A DNA stretch of 64,000 nucleotides, from positions 8,919-72,918 of the forward strand of contig JAVBWN010000006.1 in NCBI GenBank assembly GCA_036677365.1, in the 5' to 3' direction. The notes beneath the pieces are model-generated. The model saw nothing but the letters and a program-made list of their open reading frames with translations. It was not told the DNA's origin and searched no databases. The stretch comes from Acholeplasma sp. (GTDB taxonomy: Bacteria; Bacillota_I; Bacilli_A; Acholeplasmatales; UBA5453). Below, in pieces: positions 29,807-38,653 of this stretch. A program made the translations under genes and the position numbers. Positions within the stretch are counted from its first letter, which is position 1, and each line of letters starts with the position of its first letter.

Positions 29807-30705
29807 TTGATATCAGCGGTAATGTATTGGTTACTTATAGTTATGACGCATTTGGTAATACCCTTAATACATCAGACACATCAGGAATATCATTATCGAT
29901 CATCAACCCATATCGATATCGCGGATATCGATATGACTTAGAGACTGGATTCTATTATTTGCAATCAAGGTATTATAATCCACAGATAGGTAGATTCATT
30001 AGTCTCGATAGCATCAACTATTTGAATCCAATGAGTAATAGTGGTGAGAACTTATATACGTATACTGCGAATAATCCAGTGAATCTTATTGACCCGGATG
30101 TGAATTTTGCAATTTCATTGCTGATTACTGGATTTATTGTGGGAGCATTAGTTGGTTCTACGGCAAGTATTATTAGCCAAGGTTTGACCAAAGGTTGGGA
30201 CAATGTTAATTTTTGGCAAGTATTGCTAGATGGTGCCATTGGAGGAATCAGTGGACTCTTGGCATTTTCCGGCATTGGAGCATTAGGTTCTGCAGTTATT
30301 AGCGGTAGCTTAGGTTTTATTGGTAGCGTTGGGGGAGATTTAATTTCTTCAAATGGAAATTGGAATAAAGTTAATTGGACAAAAGCTATTATTATGACCG
30401 CAGTCAATTTTGGGTTAGGATTTGGAGCTGGCGCTTATAATTCAAAAGCAATTGGAAATGATTTGTGGAAATCAGTAAGTAAGACTAATGTTTGCAATAT
30501 CTTTCAGAAGGCCGTAGCAAAATACAGTTCTGGACAAATTACACAAAAAGGGCTTCAAGGGATTATGAATCTTTATGGGAATACATTGGCAATGTCAATG
30601 ACTAACGCAATGCCTATGATTATGGCAAATAGAGTGACTAATTCTTTTGGTAGTATTCTTATTTCTGACGGTGTTGACACCCTAGCAGCATGGTTTCTAA
30701 AATGA
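29797..30705 (+). pseudogene. 5'-truncated Rhs protein (end of Rhs core plus glycine-rich hydrophobic C-terminal toxin region)
   Basis: TRIIDISGNVLVTYSYDAFGN, NPYRYRGYRYDLETGFYYLQSRYYNPQIGRF, NLYTYTANNPVNLIDP; no RBS/start, frame begins at the previous gene's stop. Confidence 0.9.
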
Positions 30706-30718
30706 GGTAGATAAGGAT

Positions 30719-31207
30719 ATGAATATAAATGAACTAATTAGCAATAGTTGGGCCCTCTTTGGGTTTTGGCTATTAGTATGTGTATTTTACTATATGAGGT
30801 GGGTATTAGCTGGAAGTTCATTCACATATGATCCATCAATAGTTTTTTATCACAAGTATCTTTTAGATAAGAAAAGCATTTTAAATAAATTGTATTTCAC
30901 AAAAAAAAGCACATATACGAGTCCACGTATCAAGCAAACAAGTTTCATGTTTGCATTGTTTATTGTAATTTTTATACTATTGTTAATATTTTCGTTGATT
31001 AGTACTTTTATTACAAATGAAGACTTTTCTTTATTTGTATGGTATTTTAATTTTGTGCTTGTTTCAATCGGATTTACTTCATTTTTAATTAGTATATTTG
31101 TTATTGCATATCAAGCAAAAAAATGTATAAAGGAACAACTTACTTTTCAAGGCACTAAGCTTGATGAACTGTTAAAAGAGATTAAGGAAAAGCATCCAGA
31201 TTTCTAA
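30719..31207 (+). CDS. Membrane protein, probable cognate immunity protein of the Rhs C-terminus
   Basis: RBS GAGGT, 13 nt after the Rhs stop; about three TM helices. Confidence 0.65.
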   Translation: MNINELISNSWALFGFWLLVCVFYYMRWVLAGSSFTYDPSIVFYHKYLLDKKSILNKLYFTKKSTYTSPRIKQTSFMFALFIVIFILLLIFSLISTFITNEDFSLFVWYFNFVLVSIGFTSFLISIFVIAYQAKKCIKEQLTFQGTKLDELLKEIKEKHPDF

Positions 31208-31400
31208 TACTGGCAAAATATGCTTCTTTATAAAAGTAAGGAATGAATTAAATCATAACTCGCCGAGAAAATCTGTGAAGATATTTATGAGATGGAAAAA
31301 ATACCAAAACCAATTTTTATCAAGCGTAGAAAAAATAATAAATTTTAAGTTGGAAATGATAAATTTTCTTGTTAAACCAGTTTGAAATTATAATTGGATA

Positions 31401-31450
31401 AAAAAAGCACCCACATAACGTTATTTGATGATATGTGGGTGGTTTCATAT
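31401..31450. repeat. Terminator hairpin, copy 2 of the direct repeat
   Basis: AAAAAAGCACCCACATAACGTTATTTGATGATATGTGGGTGG matches 26881-26922. Confidence 0.9.
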
Positions 31451-31544
31451 ATTAATATAATTGTGCTTAATTAGTCTTAGAATAAACTCGTTTTCTCATC
31501 GATCTAGACCCTAAATAGCCGATTTGATTAGGGTGTATATGTCT

Positions 31545-32036
31545 TTACTTTTGAATTTGATTCTCTAGACTTTGAAATTCTACGCAAAAGCCTAGTTTTG
31601 TATTTGGAAGATATACACAATGATAAATTTTATTTAACACGGTGTTATCAGCTTTAACTTCAACCTCTATCCAATCATTATGGATATCTTTTATTATTGG
31701 GAGATAACTATATGACGTTGGATCGCCGCCGTGAACTATTTTTTTGTAACTAACAACAGTACCTGTAATACTTTCAATTTTTCCTGATTTGGCTAGTTTC
31801 ATATCTTTTTTGAAAGGTAATAAACTGATTACACCAATTACAAGAACAACAACAACTAAAGCAAAGCACAATATGATAATCACTAAACTTTCCGTTTCAT
31901 TTAAAAATTGAATATAACTCGCCATACAAAATATAAACACTATTATCAATGTAATAAAGGAGGTGATGGCATTTTTCCAAAAAGCCTTATGCAGTTTTTG
32001 AATTAATAAGCTTATCATCATATTTTCGTCAAGCAT
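31545..32036 (-). CDS. Hypothetical membrane protein (2 TMs plus beta-rich domain)
   Basis: RBS AAGGT; two TMs; AT-rich; lies downstream of pepT. Confidence 0.75.
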   Translation of the reverse strand: MLDENMMISLLIQKLHKAFWKNAITSFITLIIVFIFCMASYIQFLNETESLVIIILCFALVVVVLVIGVISLLPFKKDMKLAKSGKIESITGTVVSYKKIVHGGDPTSYSYLPIIKDIHNDWIEVEVKADNTVLNKIYHCVYLPNTKLGFCVEFQSLENQIQK

Positions 32037-32072
32037 ATGTTACCTTTCTGAGTCCATCTATCTATTATTACA

Positions 32073-33284
32073 TTACTTAGAAATAAGCTTTATGATTTCA
32101 ATCATCACGTCAACAGCTTGTTCCATTTGTTGAATGCTTGCGAATTCAAAGCGGCCATGGAAGTTAAATCCACCCGTACCTAAGTTTGGACAAGGTAAAC
32201 CCATAAACGTCAATCTCGCACCATCGGTACCACCACGAATCGCTTCACTGTGTGGCGTTAATCCGACATTCGTAATCGCTTGTTTCGCGAGTTCTACAGG
32301 CGACATATCGTGTTTCAATACCTCTAACATATTAAAATAGCTGTCGGTTATTTTTAGGCTAACAGCTTCATAACCATATTTATCATTCATAAAGGCGACA
32401 ATACGTTTGAAGTCGTCTTTTTGTTTGTTAAATTTGACCATATCATGGTTACGAATGATGTAGGATAATTTCGCGAATTCAACCGACCCTTCTGTATTGC
32501 TTAAATGGTTGAAACCTTCATACCCTTCTGTAAAAGCAGGGTTATCAAATACAGGTAAAAGACTATGGAATTCAAATGCGAGGTGTTGAGCATTGATCAT
32601 CTTCAATTTTGAAGAGCCTGGATGAATGGATTTACCGACAAAAGAAACCCTCGCAGAAGCGGCGTTGAAGTTTTCATATTCAATGCCACCAATCAATGAC
32701 CCATCCGCGGTATAAGCGAATTTGGCTTTAAAGAAGTTTAAATCAAATAAATCTGCCCCACGGCCGATTTCTTCATCGGGTGTAAAACCGATATAGATAT
32801 CCCCGTGTTCAAATGGGTGTAAGGTCATGATTTCAACCATGGCCATGATTTCTGCAACCCCAGCTTTATCATCCGCACCCAATAAGGTGTTGCCATCAGT
32901 GACGACTAAATCATCACCGACCACGTGTCTTAAGGCTGTGAATTTTTGAGGGTCCATCGATAAGGTCTCATTGAGTTTTATGACGCCGCCATCGTAATTC
33001 TTAATGATGCGCGGGTTCACGTGTGCGCCTGGTGCGTCAGGTGAGGTGTCCATGTGTGCGATGAAACCAATTGGTGTGATTTGTTTTTGACTATTGGATG
33101 GGATTAACCCATACACATAGCCGTGTTGGTCCATATACGCATTATCTACACCAAGTTCTTTTAATTCTTTAACCAATAGGTGTCCTAAGTCCTTTTGTTT
33201 TTCTGTAGAAGGACAAGACTCGACCTCAGGGTTTGATTGTGTATCTATTTTGACATAGTTTAAAAAGCGATCTAATAAGTTCAT
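32073..33284 (-). CDS. pepT: Peptidase T (tripeptide aminopeptidase, M20B)
   Basis: AHMDTS, LLGADDKAG, TPDEEIG, GKSIHPG, RGGTDG, GGFNFHG. Confidence 0.96.
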   Translation of the reverse strand: MNLLDRFLNYVKIDTQSNPEVESCPSTEKQKDLGHLLVKELKELGVDNAYMDQHGYVYGLIPSNSQKQITPIGFIAHMDTSPDAPGAHVNPRIIKNYDGGVIKLNETLSMDPQKFTALRHVVGDDLVVTDGNTLLGADDKAGVAEIMAMVEIMTLHPFEHGDIYIGFTPDEEIGRGADLFDLNFFKAKFAYTADGSLIGGIEYENFNAASARVSFVGKSIHPGSSKLKMINAQHLAFEFHSLLPVFDNPAFTEGYEGFNHLSNTEGSVEFAKLSYIIRNHDMVKFNKQKDDFKRIVAFMNDKYGYEAVSLKITDSYFNMLEVLKHDMSPVELAKQAITNVGLTPHSEAIRGGTDGARLTFMGLPCPNLGTGGFNFHGRFEFASIQQMEQAVDVMIEIIKLISK

Positions 33285-33376
33285 GTTAATAACCTCCTTG
33301 TTTTATTATAATACAAATTTGGTTTTTTGACATACAAACACTAAAAACTCAAAAATATTGAAGTCGAAATCATAAA

Positions 33377-33471
33377 AATCAATTTAATCAATCCTAAAAT
33401 CAATAAAATCAATATCAAAATTAAAAATATTGATTAAAAGTGTTGACAACATTGATCAAGGGTAGTATTAT
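33377..33471 (+). promoter_or_regulatory. Promoter with an array of AATCAAT repeats (candidate operator)
   Basis: AATCAAT at 33377, 33386, 33398, 33407; inverted ATTGATT at 33429; TTGACA(33443)-17-TATTAT(33466). Confidence 0.7.
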
Positions 33472-33490
33472 ATGGGTGTAGGTGATGAAA

Positions 33491-33844
33491 ATGAATAAGA
33501 AAAAAGCACTAGCACTCGTGGAAAGAGGACAAATCTCTGTGGGTGCCTACTTAGATTTTAGAGAAAAAGCATTAAGCAAACCTTACAAATTTAAACCAGC
33601 GCGCGGATTTAGATTGGTATTTCTTAAAGGCAACCTCTTATTTCTAACACCGAAGATTCCGTTTTGGACATTCCGTTTCCTAGGTACATTCATCAAACGA
33701 ATTCCAACCGGTGATCAAGTACAGTTCGAGTCATTCAATATCCATGACCTCATCCCGTTATTAAAAACGATTGGTAAGAACAATCGACTCATTGGGGTGG
33801 AATCCCCCAAAGAAAACTTCCTATTTGAAATATGGGGCGTTTAG
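33491..33844 (+). CDS. Hypothetical protein with N-terminal SHOCT-like motif
   Basis: KKKALALVERGQISVGAYLDF; RBS AGGTG supports ATG 33491. Confidence 0.7.
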   Translation: MNKKKALALVERGQISVGAYLDFREKALSKPYKFKPARGFRLVFLKGNLLFLTPKIPFWTFRFLGTFIKRIPTGDQVQFESFNIHDLIPLLKTIGKNNRLIGVESPKENFLFEIWGV

Positions 33845-33856
33845 AAAGGAATACAC

Positions 33857-34225
33857 ATGAGAGACATAACCAAAGCATTTGAACTCATAGGTGCAGACTT
33901 AGTCGTCACCGAAATTCAAAGTAAAAAGAAAGACATTACCGTCAGAGGTGAGTTCCAATTATCGAAGTTTGATTACCTCACCAAAGAACAACAATATTTC
34001 ATCGAAGTCTTCATTAAAAACCAAGGGAACATCAAACAAATTGAAAAAGAACTTGGCATCTCATACCCAACCGTAAAAAAGAGCTTAGAAGAAGTTACTC
34101 AAGCATTAGGGTATAAAGTTGAAGACTCTAAAGACGATGAAAAACGCATGGAAATCTTCGAACGTATTCGCAGAGGCGAACTTACGATTGAAGAGGCAGA
34201 AGCACAACTCAAGAAACTTAAATAG
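33857..34225 (+). CDS. DUF2089 family protein (HTH plus C-terminal SHOCT-like motif)
   Basis: FIEVFIKNQGNIKQIEKELGISYPTVKKSL is the DUF2089 core; tail IFERIRRGELTIEEA. Confidence 0.9.
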   Translation: MRDITKAFELIGADLVVTEIQSKKKDITVRGEFQLSKFDYLTKEQQYFIEVFIKNQGNIKQIEKELGISYPTVKKSLEEVTQALGYKVEDSKDDEKRMEIFERIRRGELTIEEAEAQLKKLK

Positions 34226-34233
34226 GTAAAGCC

Positions 34234-34359
34234 ATGGGACACATCAAATTATTTGATTTAGTGACCAGAGGGGAAATTACACCCAAAGAAGCCGTGAGTA
34301 TCATTAAAAACAAGGAGACCAATTATGAACGACAAATTAAGAATATTAGAAATGCTTAA
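34234..34359 (+). CDS. Unannotated 41-aa SHOCT-like mini-protein
   Basis: MGHIKLFDLVTRGEITPKEAVSIIKNKETNYERQIKNIRNA; AGGT RBS 6 nt upstream; fills the 99-nt gap in the operon. Confidence 0.65.
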   Translation: MGHIKLFDLVTRGEITPKEAVSIIKNKETNYERQIKNIRNA

Positions 34360-34711
34360 AGAAGGCATCATCTCTGTCGATGAAGCCGATAGATTACTAA
34401 AAGCGCTTGAAAAAGAACCAGATAATGCGAAAGTCGAAGTTTTAGTGCCTAAATACAAGACTGATCCAAAGAACTTAATGTTTAAAGTCAGAATCTTATC
34501 ATCCGATGGCGATAAGGTGAATATCAATATTCCAGTAAAATTTGCGAAAACTGCCCTAAAGAGTGGTAAAATTAATTTCAGTGGTAAGTCTGATGTGATG
34601 GAAAACATCGACATCGACGCCATCTTAGAAATGATCGAGGAAGGCGCTGTCGGCGACTTAGTCGATATCACATCCGCGGACGGTGACGTGGTTAAAATCT
34701 GCATCGAATAA
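34325..34711 (+). CDS. SHOCT-like domain protein usually encoded next to DUF2089
   Basis: KLRILEMLKEGIISVDEADRLLKAL; KVRILSSDGDKVNINIP; LVDITSADGDVVKICIE. Confidence 0.85.
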   Translation: MNDKLRILEMLKEGIISVDEADRLLKALEKEPDNAKVEVLVPKYKTDPKNLMFKVRILSSDGDKVNINIPVKFAKTALKSGKINFSGKSDVMENIDIDAILEMIEEGAVGDLVDITSADGDVVKICIE

Positions 34712-34733
34712 TTCAAGAAACTAGGTATAGCAT

Positions 34734-36479
34734 ATGATTTTTGGAAAACACATCAACAAGTACTATCTCAAGTACGCCATCCCGATGATTTTAGGTGTCA
34801 TCGCCTTATTATATGTGGATTATGTGCAAGTCGAAATTCCAAGAATCTTTGCGGGTATCATCGATAAATTAAGAGAAAGCACATTAACAAACACAATCTT
34901 AAACGAGTCTGTCGAAAGACTCGTTTGGATTGTTTTAATTATGGTGATTGGCCGTGTTTTATGGCGTGTATTTGTCTTTGGTTCTGCGAGATTCATTGAA
35001 CATGATTTACGTATGAGCATGTTTTTACACGCTGAAGCCCTCGGTGTGGATTTTTATAAAGAACATAAAGTTGGTGGGTTGATGACCCACTTCATCAATG
35101 ACCTTGAGGCCATCAGACAAGCGTTTGGTCCAGGGATTTTAATGTTGTTTGACTCACTATTCTTAGGTTCAATCGTCATCATTCGTATGACACAACTCTC
35201 TAGAGAAATGACGCTCATCGCTGTCATCCCACTCGCTTTAATGGGTGTGGTCGCGATGTTCATCATTAAGAAGATGAGACTGAAGTATAAACTCAGACAA
35301 GACTCGTTTGAACAGATGAGCGATTTCACACAAGAATCCTTTTCAGGTATGAATGTCATTCGTGCCTTTGTCAAAGAAGTGAAAGAAGCGCTCTTCTTCG
35401 CTGAAAAGAACGACGATTTTTATAAGAAGCACGTCGACTTTGTGAAAACCATGATTTTGATCAACATCGTCATCACCGTATTCATCAACTTGACGATTTT
35501 AACCATCATCGCCTATGGGGCATGGATCGCCATTACTTCTGATTTTACCCCAGGGATGTTAACCGAATATTTTACCTTATTTACAACACTCATTTGGCCA
35601 GTCATGGCCTTATCACAGTTCGCATCCATCCGCAGCCAAGCGGTGGCGAGCTACAAACGTATTCAAACGTTTATGGATGCGAAAGTGACTGTCAAAGACG
35701 AGCAAAACGTAAAACCGTTTCAACCTTTAGAAGGTGCCATCACATTTAAACATTTGGATTTCAGTTATCCGGATGACCCAGAAAGAAAGATATTAAATGA
35801 CATCTCAGTCACCATTGAAAAAGGTGAAATGGTCGGTGTCCTTGGACGTACCGGTAGTGGTAAGAGTACCTTCGTCGATTTATTATTAAGATTATATAAT
35901 GTTAAGCCAGACGCGCTTTATTTGGATGACCATGACATCATGTCTTTATCTATCCATAATGTCAGAGATCAAATTGCTTATGTACCTCAAGATAACTTTT
36001 TATTCTCGGACACCATATTGAATAACATCGGTTTTTCTGAACCAGCGATGCCGGAAGAAAAAGCCAGCTATTATGCAAGACTCGCCAATGTCCATGATAA
36101 CATCATCGATTTTACCCATGGGTATCAAACCGAAATTGGTGAACGTGGGGTCACTTTATCTGGGGGTCAAAAACAACGCATCTCGATCGCTAGAGCACTG
36201 GCGAAAGACGCACCGATTTTGATTCTAGATGATTCTGTATCTGCAGTAGATACCAAAACAGAAGAATCCATCATCAAGCATTTAGAAGAAATCAGACAAG
36301 GCAAAACTACCATAGTCATTGCACACCGCATATCAACCATTAAAAAGATGGATAAGATTATTTTGTTAGACCAAGGTCATTTACTCGATGTGGGTTCACA
36401 CGAAGAACTCCTCAAACGTAATGCACTGTATCAAGAGATGGTTAGAAAACAAGAATTAGAACATATGGTGGAGGGATAG
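34734..36479 (+). CDS. Heterodimeric ABC exporter subunit 1 (TMD-NBD, MdlA/YheI-like)
   Basis: GRTGSGKS, LSGGQKQR, degenerate Walker B ILDDS. Confidence 0.93.
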   Translation: MIFGKHINKYYLKYAIPMILGVIALLYVDYVQVEIPRIFAGIIDKLRESTLTNTILNESVERLVWIVLIMVIGRVLWRVFVFGSARFIEHDLRMSMFLHAEALGVDFYKEHKVGGLMTHFINDLEAIRQAFGPGILMLFDSLFLGSIVIIRMTQLSREMTLIAVIPLALMGVVAMFIIKKMRLKYKLRQDSFEQMSDFTQESFSGMNVIRAFVKEVKEALFFAEKNDDFYKKHVDFVKTMILINIVITVFINLTILTIIAYGAWIAITSDFTPGMLTEYFTLFTTLIWPVMALSQFASIRSQAVASYKRIQTFMDAKVTVKDEQNVKPFQPLEGAITFKHLDFSYPDDPERKILNDISVTIEKGEMVGVLGRTGSGKSTFVDLLLRLYNVKPDALYLDDHDIMSLSIHNVRDQIAYVPQDNFLFSDTILNNIGFSEPAMPEEKASYYARLANVHDNIIDFTHGYQTEIGERGVTLSGGQKQRISIARALAKDAPILILDDSVSAVDTKTEESIIKHLEEIRQGKTTIVIAHRISTIKKMDKIILLDQGHLLDVGSHEELLKRNALYQEMVRKQELEHMVEG

Positions 36480-36480
36480 T

Positions 36481-38286
36481 ATGAAAGACTTTAAAGAAAA
36501 TACAATCACCAAAACCGATTGGCAAATCGTCAAACGATTGGTTTCATACGCGAAGCCTTATCAAAAGAATTTCATCGTCGCTTCACTCTTGATGATCCTC
36601 GATGTTGCAGCATCATCGATAGGACCACTACTCATTGGTTATACCATTCAAATCATCGATAGCAATCAAAGTGTATCCGATAAAATGTTTAATTTCTTAT
36701 GGCTATCGATCCTATTCTTAGGGATAGTCATCGGGGTATCGTTCATCATTTACTATCAAAACTGGCTCTTACAAGAAGCAGGTCAAAAGATTGTCTATGG
36801 TATTCGTGAAAATGTATTCACCCATATCCATACGTTATCAAATGCACAAATCAACCAAATCCCTGTCGGTAAATTGGTCACTAGAGTCAATAACGATACC
36901 AACACACTCTCTGAAATGTATTCATCGGTTATCGTGAATCTCATCAGAAACATCTTGATGATGTTGACGTATTTGGTCATCATGTTCGTCATTGATTTCA
37001 AAGCTACCCTCATCATGTGCCTTGTATTCCCGTTTGTTTTTGTTTCTACCGTTATCTTTAGAAAGCTATCGAGAAACGCTTATCGAAAAGTAAGAAACAA
37101 TGTCTCAAACGTCAACGCGTTTTTATCGGAAAACCTCTCGGGGATGAGACTTACACAAATCTTTAACCAAGAAGAAAAGAAGAAACAAGCCTTTACCCTT
37201 CAAAGTAAAAAACTCAGAAATTCATACTTCAATGAATTGATGGTTTTCGCGATTTATCGCCCACTTATGTATTTATTCTCGATGGCAGCGACCATCACGG
37301 TTTTATACTATTTTTCAACCTCCATCATCGATATGACGCTTGCCGGGGCATCCACAGCAAGCATCATCCTAAGGGTCAGTTTACTTGTCATGATGTATCA
37401 ATACGCGTCACAACTCTTTGAACCGGTTCAACAGCTCGCAGAACAGTTCAACGTCTTACAAAGTGCCATGGCATCTTCAGAAAAAATCTTTGACGTCTTG
37501 GATACCAAACCAGAGATTGAAGATGAAAATGATTCGATTGAACTTGAAAACTTTAAAGGTGAAATCGAGTTTAAAAATGTTTGGTTTAAGTATGTTGAAG
37601 ATGAATGGGTCTTAAAAGATGTGTCATTTAAAGTCAATCCAAACGATACCGTCGCTTTTGTTGGCGCAACCGGTTCTGGTAAGACCACCATCATGAGTTT
37701 AATCGTTAGAAATTATGACATCCAACAAGGTGAAATCTTGATCGATGGCATACCGATTAAAAAAATCAAACGTTCGAGTTTAAGAGCCAACATTGGGCAA
37801 ATGCCACAAGATGTGTTCTTATTTACAGGCACCATTCAAAGCAACATCACGTTAAATGACGAAACGATTTCGAAAGAAAAAGTCATCGAAGCCTCTGAGT
37901 ATGTCGGTGCGAATACATTCATTGAAAAACTCGATGGCACCTATGACCATATGGTAAGAGAACGTGGTAATAACTTCTCTACAGGCCAAAGACAATTACT
38001 CAGTTTCGCAAGAGCTTTGGTCTATGAACCAACGGTGATGATCCTCGATGAAGCAACCGCGAACATCGACTCTGAAACAGAAGCTTTGATTCAAACCTCC
38101 TTAGAAAAGATGATGAAATTATCCACGATGTTGGTGGTTGCACATAGATTATCCACCATCCAACACGCCGATAAGATTGTTGTCATGCAAAAGGGTGAAA
38201 TCAAAGAAGCGGGTACACACCAAGCTTTATTAAAACAAAAAGGTTTGTATTATCATTTATACGAACTACAATATCAAAAGAAGTAA
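36481..38286 (+). CDS. Heterodimeric ABC exporter subunit 2 (TMD-NBD, MdlB/YheH-like)
   Basis: GATGSGKT, degenerate signature FSTGQRQL, Walker B ILDEA. Confidence 0.93.
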   Translation: MKDFKENTITKTDWQIVKRLVSYAKPYQKNFIVASLLMILDVAASSIGPLLIGYTIQIIDSNQSVSDKMFNFLWLSILFLGIVIGVSFIIYYQNWLLQEAGQKIVYGIRENVFTHIHTLSNAQINQIPVGKLVTRVNNDTNTLSEMYSSVIVNLIRNILMMLTYLVIMFVIDFKATLIMCLVFPFVFVSTVIFRKLSRNAYRKVRNNVSNVNAFLSENLSGMRLTQIFNQEEKKKQAFTLQSKKLRNSYFNELMVFAIYRPLMYLFSMAATITVLYYFSTSIIDMTLAGASTASIILRVSLLVMMYQYASQLFEPVQQLAEQFNVLQSAMASSEKIFDVLDTKPEIEDENDSIELENFKGEIEFKNVWFKYVEDEWVLKDVSFKVNPNDTVAFVGATGSGKTTIMSLIVRNYDIQQGEILIDGIPIKKIKRSSLRANIGQMPQDVFLFTGTIQSNITLNDETISKEKVIEASEYVGANTFIEKLDGTYDHMVRERGNNFSTGQRQLLSFARALVYEPTVMILDEATANIDSETEALIQTSLEKMMKLSTMLVVAHRLSTIQHADKIVVMQKGEIKEAGTHQALLKQKGLYYHLYELQYQKK

Positions 38287-38320
38287 TAGTTTTAGTAAGA
38301 TAAAAAGAATCTAAGCGATA

Positions 38321-38385
38321 TAATCCCCTTAAAGTAAACACTAAAAAATAATGAATGACTATAGAAGTTTATAAAAAGGGGATTT
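38321..38385. repeat. Inverted repeat resembling a degenerate IS3/IS150-type end
   Basis: AATCCCCTT...AAGGGGATT inverted pair; CCTTAAAGT-NN-ACAC recurs at 39986-40000; resemblance is from memory only. Confidence 0.3.
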
Positions 38386-38653
38386 TTCGTACATAAAACT
38401 AGACCTGATTTTTTATTTACGAATGTTTCGTCATTTTTAGTGATATTTACAGATGAAACATTTTATTAGTTAAATTATATTCAAATTCATCTAGTATTAA
38501 AAGTTTAAACATGATAGGATTAAAAATAGATTATGTGTGAAAATTTGCAAAATGTATTATGTGGACTGCATGGATGGCAGAGGGGATTGCGGGAAGTTTT
38601 AACCCATTTTCACCAATAACACCAAGGAATCTTTGGCAAGGTAGGTATTAATC

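Larger units (their letters stand above)
26881..31450. mobile_element. AT-rich accessory block (Rhs toxin/immunity cassette) bounded by direct repeats; no recombinase gene inside
   Basis: Flanking direct repeats, visibly lower GC, orphan genes and a truncated Rhs fragment. Confidence 0.6.
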
